Assembly: GCA_963763775.1 (NCBI GenBank)
Contig: CAVXPZ010000003.1
Span: forward strand, 160,001-224,000
DNA from: an uncultured Chloroflexia bacterium
Lineage (GTDB): Bacteria; Chloroflexota; Limnocylindria; Limnocylindrales; CSP1-4
Length of the DNA stretch: 64,000 nucleotides
Direction of reading: 5' to 3'
Shown here: positions 9,672 to 19,118 of the stretch, one piece after another
Numbering within the stretch: position 1 is the stretch's first letter
Layout of the letters: every line of letters starts with the position of its first letter
Translations under genes and position numbers: made by a program
Notes under the pieces: generated by a model
What the model was told of the DNA's origin: nothing
The model's database searches: none
Seen by the model: only the letters and a program-made list of their open reading frames with translations

Positions 9672-9908
9672 CCTCGCGGACGGTCCTCGTCGGCGGATCG
9701 GTTGACCTCACCCGCAGGAATGCCGTTCCTACGGCTTGGGCATGGGCTCTCCCACGTCGTCGATGACGCCGCCACGAGCGCCCACCGAAGCCGTCCTCGC
9801 GCTCAGGCGACGGTCCGAGCGGCGTCCGTCCGTGTCGATTCCGATCCGTATGACCGCAGATACCCTAGTTGTAGGAGTGGGATTCCTATGACCTCGCGGA
9901 CGGTCCTC
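9669..9908. repeat. 220-bp insert flanked by a 20-bp direct repeat and containing a long inverted repeat
   Basis: TGACCTCGCGGACGGTCCTC at 9669-9688 and 9889-9908. Arms 9716-9742 and 9861-9887 are complementary with G-U pairs. Confidence 0.7.
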
Positions 9909-10963
9909 ATCGCGCCCAATTCGTTCAAGGGCTCGCTGACATCGGTGGAGGTCGCCCGGGCCTTGGCCGATGGCTGGCGACGGGCGCGCCCCGACGACAC
10001 GATCGTCCTCTCGCCCCTCGCGGACGGCGGGGAGGGGACGCTCGAGGCGATCTCTGCGGCGGGCGGATGGACGTGGCGGACGGTCGAGGTCCGCGACCCG
10101 CTCGCCCGACCGATCACCGCCCGGTGGCTGCGGGCCGACGACGGCGCGCACGCGGTGGTCGAGATGGCCGAGGCCTCCGGCCTGTCGCGGATCGGCGCCG
10201 ACGAGCGCGACCCGATCGCGGCGACGTCGGTCGGGACCGCCGACCTCCTGCTCGCGGCGATCGCCGCGGGGGCGCGTCACATCACGCTCGGGATCGGGGG
10301 CAGCGCGACGACCGACGGTGGCCGAGGCCTGGTCGAGGCGATCGACGCGGCCGGCCCGGCCCTCGACGACATCGACCTCGAGGTCGCCTGCGACGTGTCG
10401 AACCCGCTGCTCGGGCCGACCGGCGCGGCCGCCATCTTCGGACCCCAGAAGGGCGCGACGCCCGACGCAGGTCGGGACAGCTCGACGCGCGGAATGCCGC
10501 CTGGGCCGACGAGCTCGAGGCGCGGACCGGCCGCCGCGAGCGGGACACGCCCGGCGCCGGCGCGGCCGGCGGGGTCGGCTTCGCGCTGCTGGCGATGCAG
10601 GACCGGTTCGCGTCGTTCGCGCTGCGCCCAGGGGTCGACCTCGTGATGGCGGCCACCGACTTCGACGGCAAGCTCGAACGGAGCGATCTGGTCATCACCG
10701 GCGAGGGCCGGATCGACGCACAGACCGGTTTCGGCAAGACGGCGCTCGGCGTCGCGAGGCGCGCCCAGATCGTCGGCGTGCCGTGCATCGCGGTCGGTGG
10801 CGGGGTGGAGCCCGAAGGCATCGATGCGCTCGCCGCCGTCGGCGCGATCGCCGTCCCGGTCACCGAGCGACCGCAGACCGTGGAGGACGCGATCGCGGCC
10901 GGCAGCGCCCCGATCGAACGATGCGGCGAGCGTCTCGCGCGCCTCGTGAGCCTGTCACCCTAG
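9888..10963 (+). CDS. glxK: Glycerate kinase (GlxK/GarK family), frameshifted near 10467-10476
   Basis: VLIAPNSFKGSL, LADGGEGT, GIGGSATTDGG, ACDVSNPLLG, FGPQKGA, then in another frame GAGAAGGVG and VITGEGRIDAQT. Confidence 0.88.
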
Positions 10964-10967
10964 TCGG

Positions 10968-11807
10968 ATGCCGATCGCCCGCGCATCGTCAAGACCCGAG
11001 CGCAAGCCACGCCCGAAGAAGCGCAAGTTCACCGATCCGGGACGGAGCTACGCGAAGCGGCTCGAGCGCTACCGTCCGGGACTGGTCACGTTCGTCCTCG
11101 ACGAGCTCGCCGGGCTGTACGGCCGCCCCAGGTGGGAGCGTCGGCTCGACCCGACGAGCGAGCTCATCCTCACGATCCTCACGCAGAACAGCGCCGACAT
11201 CAACGCCGAGGTCGCGTTCGAGGCGCTGCGACAGGCCTACCCATCCGGCTTGGCGACCGCGGTGCATCGCCCCGGGGGTGGCTGGGGCGGTGTCGGCCTA
11301 CCCGAGGGCGCGCCGCCCGACTGGGAGCGCGTCGAGTTCGCGCCGATCCCCGAGCTGACCGACGTCATCCGTCCGGGCGGCCTGGCCAACCAGAAGGCCC
11401 CGCGCCTCCAGGCGACGCTGCGGCGGATCCGCGAGGAGCGCGGCGACTACTCGCTCGAGTTCCTCGGGGAGATGTCGGCACTCGACGCCCGCGCCTGGCT
11501 GACCGGGATCGACGGCATCGGCAAGAAGACGGCGTCGGTGCTGCTGCTGTTCTCGTTCGGGATGCCGCTGATGCCCGTCGACCGGCATGTCGAGCGGGTG
11601 TCGCAGCGAGTCGGGCTGATCCCGGCGAAGGCCTCGGCCGACGACGCGCACGACCTGTACCTGGGCATGCTCGAGCCGGACCAGATGTACGAGGCGCACG
11701 TCAACCTCATCCGCCACGGCCGCCTCGTGTGCCACGCCCAGCGCCCCGAACACGAGCGCTGCCCGCTGCGAGACCGCTGCCGGTTCGTCGACCCGAAGGC
11801 GCCCTGA
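10968..11807 (+). CDS. nth: Endonuclease III (HhH-GPD DNA glycosylase)
   Basis: ILTILTQN, HhH GIGKKTA, PVDRHVERV, C-terminal Fe-S-type region CHAQRPEHERCPLRDRC (second Cys appears as His). Confidence 0.88.
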   Translation: MPIARASSRPERKPRPKKRKFTDPGRSYAKRLERYRPGLVTFVLDELAGLYGRPRWERRLDPTSELILTILTQNSADINAEVAFEALRQAYPSGLATAVHRPGGGWGGVGLPEGAPPDWERVEFAPIPELTDVIRPGGLANQKAPRLQATLRRIREERGDYSLEFLGEMSALDARAWLTGIDGIGKKTASVLLLFSFGMPLMPVDRHVERVSQRVGLIPAKASADDAHDLYLGMLEPDQMYEAHVNLIRHGRLVCHAQRPEHERCPLRDRCRFVDPKAP

Positions 11808-11865
11808 CCCGGTCGACCCGCTGGGCGCAGGCGCGCACCACATACCGCACGTGCCCTATTGCGCC

Positions 11866-11898
11866 GCAAGGTGGCCGGCAAGGTTACTGTGTAGTACT
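11866..11898 (+). promoter_or_regulatory. Tad-operon upstream motif, copy 1: CAAGGT-N6-CAAGGT-N10-TACT
   Basis: GCAAGGTggccgGCAAGGTtactgtgtagTACT, with identical spacing to the copies at 15543 and 23349. Confidence 0.65.
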
Positions 11899-11929
11899 TG
11901 TCAGCCATCCCCCATCAGGACCTTTGGCA

Positions 11930-12584
11930 TTGCCGCTTCGACGACGCCGGAATGATCGAGCCCGTGGCCAGTCCCTGGCCGAGTTCGCCCTCGTCTTCCC
12001 GTTCTTCATGGTCATCCTGTTCGGCGTCATCGAGTTCGCGTTCGTCCTGAACGCGTCCCTCTCGGTCGAGTTCGCGACGCGCGACGCGGCCCTCGCCGCC
12101 GCCGAGGCCGGCACCACCCCCGGCGCCGACTGCTCGATCCTCAAGGTGGTCGAGGCGAGCATCGGGGCGCCTGCCGACAAGGCGCGGATCCAGGAAGTGC
12201 AGATCTATCGGTCCGACGCAAGCGGCCGCGTGAATGAGAGTCAATTCCTACGCACGAACTGGTGTCACTGTCGAAGGTCCGAACGCGACTACATGTCTGA
12301 TGGCTGACGGCACCAAATTGACCGTGCCGTATTCGGCCAATTCCATCGCCTACAAGGCAACGTCTCGCTGCAACGTCGTCAAGGGCTGCTGCAAGGACGC
12401 CAGCGGGAACGTGGTCCCGTTCACCGACAGTTGCCCGCCGGGGACGACCTTTCGCACGCTCGACACCATCGGCGTGCGAATCGCGTATCGCCACAAGTGG
12501 GTCACCCCAGCAGGGAGCGTCGTCGGAAGCGGAAACTTGGACCTCGTCCAATCGAACACGATGCGGATGGAGCCAGTCCTTTGA
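11930..12584 (+). CDS. TadE-like minor pilin (cassette 1, gene A), frameshift near 12234
   Basis: Class III signal RGQSLAEFALVFP plus hydrophobic helix and ATRDAALAAA. C-terminal half (…NTMRMEPVL) is in another frame and matches the paralogue at 15607. Confidence 0.8.
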
Positions 12585-13228
12585 GCCGAGCGCCGTCGCA
12601 TCGCCGAATGAGCCGATCCGGCCAGAGCCTTGTCGAGTTCGCCATCATCGTTCCGCTTTTCATGCTGTTGCTACTTGGCATGCTCGAACTCGGTCTGGCC
12701 TTCACTCATCATCAGACGCTTGAATACGCCACGCGGGAGGGAGCACGGACAGGATCCGCCCTTGCGAATGGGGGCGGAAAACTAGGTTGCGGTAGCGGGG
12801 GATCACCGAGTGCGGCGACCGTCGATCAGCAGATCGTGGCCGCCGTCGAGCGAGTCCTTACGTCCGAGGGCTCACCGGTCAAAGACAACTTGAGTCGGAT
12901 CCCCACCATCAGGATCTTTCTCGCGACGCCGACCGGCGGTGAGAGTGGCGCGAGCGTCGACGTGTGGAACTACAAGGCGGGAGCCGGGCCTGTCGTGGAC
13001 GGCAAAGCGCTTGATTACGTCGCCGGAACCACGAACTACCCTGCCTGCTCTCGGACATTCCAGCCACCGGCCCAGGCCCTGGGAGTCAGCCTCAAGTACA
13101 CATACCAGCTCCAGACTGGGCTGGGCGGCATCCTCGGCTTCTTCGGCGGCAAAGGCTGGACGTCGATCGCGATGAGCGATAGCACCGTCATGAATATCAA
13201 CCCGACCAATCTGAACTTCGTGCCGTGA
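12581..13228 (+). CDS. TadE-like minor pilin (cassette 1, gene B)
   Basis: SGQSLVEFAIIVPLFMLLLLGMLELG, ATREGARTG. TTGA coupling (alternative ATG at 12608). Confidence 0.85.
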   Translation: MSRAPSHRRMSRSGQSLVEFAIIVPLFMLLLLGMLELGLAFTHHQTLEYATREGARTGSALANGGGKLGCGSGGSPSAATVDQQIVAAVERVLTSEGSPVKDNLSRIPTIRIFLATPTGGESGASVDVWNYKAGAGPVVDGKALDYVAGTTNYPACSRTFQPPAQALGVSLKYTYQLQTGLGGILGFFGGKGWTSIAMSDSTVMNINPTNLNFVP

Positions 13229-15351
13229 CGAGGACAACGATGTCGCTCAATCCATCGCATTCGGCCACTCGCGTGGGCCGATCGCGCTCGCGCGGTCAGG
13301 TCGTGGTGATCTTCGCGGGTGCCATCTTGGCATTCGTGGCGCTGTGCGCGATCGTGGTCGATGTGTCTTGGTATTGGGCCAATACCCTTCGTGTGCAGCG
13401 CGCCGCAGACGCCGCGGCATTGGCGGGAGCGGTCTACCTACCCAGCGACTCAGACACGGCCTTCTCCGAGGCGCGCGCGGCGGCCAAGCGAAACGGCTAC
13501 ACCGATAACCTTGGCGGCGTGACGATCAAGACCTGGATCGACGACAACGATCCGCGGCAACTCGACGTTCAGATCAACGGCAGCGTCGGTTCGTTCTTCG
13601 CTCACGCGCTCGGCATCAATGCGTGGCCCGTTTCGCGGACGGGTGAGGGTGTCTATATCCAGCCCGTGCCTATGGGAAGTCCAGACGCCTACTACGGGGT
13701 CGGTGACTTCTATACGAACGTGAGTTCGACAACGACCGATCGATACGCTTCGGTGTCTCGCTCGCCCTATCAGTCCTCCAACGGCGGCCAGTGGCTGAAC
13801 CCGAATAATGCGTGGACGACCAACAACAACTTCACGACCGAGGACACGAACAATCAAACGCAGGTCTGGCAGAACCTCCAGATGCCCGCGATCCAGGGTG
13901 ACACCCTCGACGGAATCGTGGTGTCGTTCAGCGCCAAGGTGAGCGCTGCGTCGGCCGCCTGCAAGGTCCAGGCGGAGATTTCGTGGAACTCCGGCAATAC
14001 GTGGAACAACGCCAACCCGAAGCTCTTGAGCGGAAACCTGACGACCGCGTTGGTGTCATATCCAGTCGGTGACGCTGGCTCGCTGGCCGTTTGGGGGAAC
14101 AACAACGCCTGGGATGCGACGGACCTAGCGAATGGCGTCTTTCGTGTCCGTCTGAACTACCAGAAGGGCAACGGCTGCGGAACATTGTCCCTGAACTCGC
14201 TCACGGTGACGGCCTATTCGCATACGGACACGACGACCGTGACCCTGACAAAGTCGGTCGTCAAAGACCCGAACAACGTCGTACTCCCCAGTCGAGGCGG
14301 ATGGGGCGCGGTCATCACGCGCGGCGGCAACCAGGAGAACGGCGACGCGTACAGCCCCGAGAACGACGGCGGCGCATCCAATGGCATCTACGACTCCGGC
14401 GGCTACGACTACATCGTGAGCCTTCCGGCCGGCGGCACCGTCAATGTCTTCGACCCGGGGTTCTGTGCCATGGGGCAGGTGGCTGCAGGGAGCATCGGCA
14501 CGGGTGATCACTGGATCGCGGGTGCGTCCAACGATGTGTCCACCTACTACACGCTGTGGAATACCGGCGGCAAGCCAGGTCTACGGAGCACCTGGACGAG
14601 GCTCTACACCTCGGGACCGCTATTCGAGCGACAGCACGGCTATGACCCCGTGAACAACCTGAACCCCCCAAACGGTGCAACCAAGGGTTGTGACGCGTAT
14701 CACAACGGCTGGTGGACCATCCCCACCGGGAATCTTCTAGCCGGCCAATACGCCGTGCAAGTGCAGACGTCCAAGACCGCACCGCCTTCGACATCGGCGG
14801 ATGGTTCGATCAATGCCTCAACCAACGCCGAGAACATGTTTGCCCTCGAGGCGATCGGCGGGGGGAGCCCCCAGATCTACGGAAACGGCCGAATGGCCGT
14901 TTACAACAACCTTCGCCAAGGAAGTCCGACGCAGCAGTTCTACTTGGCGCAGATCGACCGACCGACTGGCGCAAGCAAGACGGCCCTCATCGACATCTTC
15001 GATCCGGGTGACGTCGCCGGTGAAGCGACGCTGAAGGTGCTCAGCCCGAACGGTGGCGGCCAGTCCGAAGCTACGTTCAGCTACACCACGGACGGCAACT
15101 GCAACGCCGGCGTCAGTGATGCGTGCTCTGGGTTGAATGTGAAGCAGCTGAAGACCGCCACCAACGGCAGGTCAAGCTTCAACAACACCTGGATCCACAT
15201 CAGCATCCCATTGCCGGCCAGCTATGGTGCGGGCGGGCTCTGGCAGGGCGGATGGTGGCAAATCCAATACATCACGCCCAACGGCGGAAATGACACCACC
15301 ACGTGGCAGGTCAACATCCAGGGCAATCCTGTGCACTTGGTCGTCCCGTAA
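13225..15351 (+). CDS. Large Tad-domain (TadG-like) pilus-tip/adhesin protein (cassette 1, gene C)
   Basis: RGQVVVIFAG, VDVSWYW, LRVQRAADAAALAGA Tad domain, long Asn/Gly/Thr/Trp-rich extracellular region with paired Cys, ends GNPVHLVVP. Confidence 0.85.
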   Translation: MTRTTMSLNPSHSATRVGRSRSRGQVVVIFAGAILAFVALCAIVVDVSWYWANTLRVQRAADAAALAGAVYLPSDSDTAFSEARAAAKRNGYTDNLGGVTIKTWIDDNDPRQLDVQINGSVGSFFAHALGINAWPVSRTGEGVYIQPVPMGSPDAYYGVGDFYTNVSSTTTDRYASVSRSPYQSSNGGQWLNPNNAWTTNNNFTTEDTNNQTQVWQNLQMPAIQGDTLDGIVVSFSAKVSAASAACKVQAEISWNSGNTWNNANPKLLSGNLTTALVSYPVGDAGSLAVWGNNNAWDATDLANGVFRVRLNYQKGNGCGTLSLNSLTVTAYSHTDTTTVTLTKSVVKDPNNVVLPSRGGWGAVITRGGNQENGDAYSPENDGGASNGIYDSGGYDYIVSLPAGGTVNVFDPGFCAMGQVAAGSIGTGDHWIAGASNDVSTYYTLWNTGGKPGLRSTWTRLYTSGPLFERQHGYDPVNNLNPPNGATKGCDAYHNGWWTIPTGNLLAGQYAVQVQTSKTAPPSTSADGSINASTNAENMFALEAIGGGSPQIYGNGRMAVYNNLRQGSPTQQFYLAQIDRPTGASKTALIDIFDPGDVAGEATLKVLSPNGGGQSEATFSYTTDGNCNAGVSDACSGLNVKQLKTATNGRSSFNNTWIHISIPLPASYGAGGLWQGGWWQIQYITPNGGNDTTTWQVNIQGNPVHLVVP

Positions 15352-15371
15352 AGGCTGAGCACACGGTTGAG

Positions 15372-15437
15372 GCCAACGACACCACGACCTGGCAGGTCAG
15401 CGTCAAGGGCAACCCGGTCCACCTGATCCTTCCCTAG
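15372..15437 (+). pseudogene. Orphan 3' end of a third TadG-like allele (ANDTTTWQVSVKGNPVHLILP*)
   Basis: 48/63 nt identical to 15289-15351, with many differences synonymous. It has its own TAG stop and no start codon. Confidence 0.85.
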
Positions 15438-15542
15438 GCCGTCGGACGGCCGCCCACGACCCCTCGGTATCGGGCCGGTGTGTGCCCATGTCCGCCGGGC
15501 CGGTGCGCCCATCCACCAGTGATTGACCCCGGGCCCTTGTGT

Positions 15543-15575
15543 GCAAGGTCTGGCGCAAGGTACCTCTGTAGTACT
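15543..15575 (+). promoter_or_regulatory. Tad-operon upstream motif, copy 2
   Basis: GCAAGGTctggcGCAAGGTacctctgtagTACT. Confidence 0.65.
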
Positions 15576-15606
15576 TGTCGCCCATCCCCCATCAGGACCT
15601 TTGGCA

Positions 15607-16188
15607 TTGCCGCTTCGACGACGCCGGAATGACCGTGAACGAGGCCAATCCCTGGCCGAGTTCGCGTTGGTCTTCCCGTTCTTCATCGTCATCCTGTTCG
15701 GCGTCATCGAGTTCGCGTTCGTCTTCAACGCGTACCTCTCGATCGACTTCGCGACGCGGGATGCCGCGCTGGCGGCAGCCGAAGCCGGCAACGACACCGG
15801 CGCCGACTGCTCGATCCTGCGGGCGATCGAGCGGAGCATCGGCGCGCCGGCCGACAAGGGCAGCATCGCGAAGGTCCGGATCTTCAAGGCCAGCACGACC
15901 GGTGCCAACCTCGGTCCGACCAACGTCTACACCCGGACCGGCGCGACCCCGTGCCCGGACGGGTCGGGCAGCATCCCGTACACCATCCAGTCCACCGGCT
16001 ACGCCGAGTCCGCGCGTTGCAACATCCTCGCCGGCTGCGGTCCAGGGTCCCTGACGGTCGACACGATCGGCGTCGAGATCACCTACACGTACGCCTGGAA
16101 GACGCCGTTGGCCCGCCTCCTGCCGATGAGCGGCAATGGCTACACGATGATCAAGGACAACGCGATGCGGATGGAGCCGGTCCTGTGA
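15607..16188 (+). CDS. TadE-like minor pilin (cassette 2, gene A)
   Basis: RGQSLAEFALVFPFF, ATRDAALAAAEAG, ends NAMRMEPVL. TTG start after AGGA. Confidence 0.85.
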   Translation: MPLRRRRNDRERGQSLAEFALVFPFFIVILFGVIEFAFVFNAYLSIDFATRDAALAAAEAGNDTGADCSILRAIERSIGAPADKGSIAKVRIFKASTTGANLGPTNVYTRTGATPCPDGSGSIPYTIQSTGYAESARCNILAGCGPGSLTVDTIGVEITYTYAWKTPLARLLPMSGNGYTMIKDNAMRMEPVL

Positions 16189-16763
16189 CCCGCGGGCGTC
16201 GTCGCGGCCAGAGCCTCGTCGAGTACGCGGTGACGGTCCCGGTCTTCCTCCTGATCCTGCTCGGCCTGCTGGAGTTCGGCTTCGCGTTCTCCCATCACCT
16301 GACGATGGAGTACGCGTCGCGCGAAGGCGCCCGCGTCGGCGCCGCCCTGGCCAACGGCACCGACCAGTTCCCGTGCGCAAAGGTCGACGACCAGGTCATC
16401 GCGGCGGTCCAACGCGTCCTTGTCGCGTCGGGCTCCCAGATCGACCTCAGCCAGGTCAAGGAGATCCGCATCTACAACGCGAACAACGTCAACGGGAACG
16501 AGGGGTCGCAGGTCAACCGGTGGCGACCCGGGACCGGCCCGGTCGTGCCAGGCGAAACGCAACCGCTCAAGTTCGCCTTCTTCTCGGGCAACTGGTCGGC
16601 ATGCAATCGCGTGAACGCCGCCGACCCGGACTCCATCGGCGTCGCGGTCTCCTACACCTACCGCTTCGTGACGCCGCTCGCGTCGCTCATGCGGATCGCC
16701 GGGCCGGCGGTGCTGCAGATGAACGACCGGACCGTCATGGCCCTCAACCCCACCGTACCGTGA
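16185..16763 (+). CDS. TadE-like minor pilin (cassette 2, gene B)
   Basis: RGQSLVEYAVTVPVFLLILLGLLEFG, ASREGARVG. GTGA coupling. Confidence 0.85.
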   Translation: MTRGRRRGQSLVEYAVTVPVFLLILLGLLEFGFAFSHHLTMEYASREGARVGAALANGTDQFPCAKVDDQVIAAVQRVLVASGSQIDLSQVKEIRIYNANNVNGNEGSQVNRWRPGTGPVVPGETQPLKFAFFSGNWSACNRVNAADPDSIGVAVSYTYRFVTPLASLMRIAGPAVLQMNDRTVMALNPTVP

Positions 16764-19055
16764 GCGTGCGATCGATGGAACCGATGACGAGCAGCGCGAC
16801 CACGGGCCGCCGCCACCGACCCCGCGGCCAGGTCCTCGTGATCTTCGCGGGCGCGCTGTTCCTGCTGATGATGATGGCCGCCATCGTCATCGACGTCTCC
16901 TGGTACTGGGTCAACTCGCTCCGTGTCCAGCGCGCCGCGGATGCGGCGGCGCTCGCGGGCGCCGTGATGCTCCCCAATGACCCGTCCACCGCCTACACGC
17001 TGGCCCGTGATGAGGCCAAGCGCAACGGGTACGTGCCCGGGGCCGTCGCGGGCGGCAACATCGTCATCACGCCGCTCCAGGACGGCGGCAACCCGCGTCG
17101 CCTGGACGTGACGATCTCGGCTCCGGTCGGGACGTTCTTCATGAAGGTGATCGGCATCCCGTTCATCAACGTGACCCGGACCGCCAAGGCGGAATTCACG
17201 CTCCCCGTGCCGATGGGCAGCCCGCAGAACTACTACGGCGTCGGCATCCTCAACGTGCCCACGGTCACCAGTAGGGCCACCGGCTGGCGCATCCGCAACA
17301 ACGAAGTCGGCAACTGGACCAACGCGATGCAGGCCGACAGCACGATCAGCAACTCCAGCAGCCAGTGGGCCGCGTCTCCGACCGGGAACAGCCCCCAACA
17401 GCAGTGGACCGAATTCGGCCTGGAGAACGGCGCCAACGCCGTTCCGAACGACGCGTCGCTCGAGGTCCTCGGGATCGAAGTCCGGTCACGCGCGTTCCTC
17501 CAGGGCAGCGGCAATTCGACCAGCGGCTGCCAGATGAGCGTCCAGCTGTCGTGGAACAACGGGAATAGCTGGACGACAGCCGAAGCGCAGAACAACCTGC
17601 CGACGTCGCCACCGCCGACCACGCCGGTCTCGGCGACCGTCCCCTACAACGTGAACCTGGGCAGCAATGCCGACGACTGGAACCACACCTGGTCGTATGA
17701 CGACCTGACGAGTACCGGCAGCTCCAGCTTCCGGGTGCGCGTGACGTTCAACAACCAGGCGGGGAACTGCTCCAACAGCCGGACCCTGGCGATCGACACC
17801 CTCGAGGTCCAGGTGTCCTGGCGTGTGACCGGCCCGCCGACGCCCCAGCCCGTCAAGGACCCGTACAACGCCGGGGTCCTCGCCCCACAGAAGTTCTGGG
17901 GCGCGATGCAGAGCCAGGGTGCGCCGAGCGTCCAGGGCGACGCCTTCATGACCGGCTATGAGACCCGGAAGTCCACGACCAACTCCGAGTACCACCCGTT
18001 GCAGGGCTACGGCGGCAGCTCGCAGGAGTACTACGACTACGGGGTCGAGCTCCCCGGGGGCGGCGGCGAGGTCTGGATCTACGACCCGGGGTTCTGCGAC
18101 ACCGGCTTGTACGGCTCGGGCAACAACGTCACGAACCAGGGAACCGGCGAGAGCTGGACCGTTGGTGGCTCGAATGGCGCGGATCCGGCCCGACCGGTCA
18201 GCGCGCAATACGTCCTGTACGACACGAACGGCACGCCCTACGAGTACGGCGACGATCCCGTCAAGGCGTCGTCCGGGAGCACGTTCCGACGGATGATGCT
18301 GTCCGATCCGAATCTGAGCGGCGGGTCAGGCGGGAGCTACCCGGGTGTCTCGAGCTGCGCAGGCCTCGCGTGGCACGACAACTGGTGGCGTCTCGCGAGC
18401 GGTCTTCCTGCCGGGACGTATCGGCTGCACACCACCTCCCGCATCTACAACCCGTTCGTGACCCCGAAGACGATCGATGGCTCGGACGACCAGACCGACT
18501 CGACCGGGTTGAACGCCTTCGCGATCTGGGTCAATTCGAGCAGCGGCAAGCCGCGGGTCTACGGCCTCGGGGCGATGGAGGCGTACTTCCCGCTGCCGGG
18601 CAACCAGACCTCGGTCTTCTACCTCGCGCAGATCGACAAGGTCCATGCCGGCAAGTGGGTCGACATCGACCTCTGGGACCCTGGGGACACGGGTTCACTC
18701 TCGGCGACCCTGCAGGATCCTGGCTCCCGATGGGGGCAGCGGGTCGATCCAGCCGTTCTACTGGAACGCCTGGACCGGGACGGACCTGCCGTCGAACTTC
18801 ACGTGTGGTCCGACCACCAGCAATCAGACGCAGAGCATCGTGACGAGCAACGGCAGCGGCGGCATCTTCAACGGCCGATGGCTGCGGATCTGCTTCAAGC
18901 TCGATGACAACTACGCCGCGCCGCTCGACCCGACGTTCAACGAGCCGGGGTGGTGGCGGATCAGTTACCAGATGACCGGCAGCGGCGCGAGCACCGACCT
19001 CACCACCTGGAAGGTCACCGTCCGCGGCAACCCCGTCCACCTCGTCATCCCGTAA
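16760..19055 (+). CDS. Large Tad-domain (TadG-like) protein (cassette 2, gene C), frameshift near 18716
   Basis: RGQVLVIFAG, IDVSWYW, VQRAADAAALAGA, PVPMGSPQNYYGVG, FYLAQID, IDLWDPGD. Continues in another frame to TTWKVTVRGNPVHLVIP*. Confidence 0.85.
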
Positions 19056-19070
19056 CGGACGGTCCAGGCA

Positions 19071-19097
19071 CGACGGTGGCCCGCTGGGCCACCGTCG
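19071..19097 (+). terminator. GC-rich hairpin after Tad cassette 2
   Basis: CGACGGTGGCCC-GCT-GGGCCACCGTCG, a perfect 12-bp stem with no U-tract. Confidence 0.5.
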
Positions 19098-19118
19098 CCA
19101 TGCGGCATACTCCCGGGC

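Noticed and set aside
15289-15437. Diversity-generating retroelement VR/TR pair at the TadG-like gene end
   Set aside because: The differences are not adenine-specific (many C/G and T/C synonymous changes), and no reverse transcriptase is in the window.
15471-15512. Direct repeat CGGGCCGGTG(TG)YGCCCAT upstream of cassette 2
   Set aside because: No clear counterpart before the other two Tad operons, so it could be chance.
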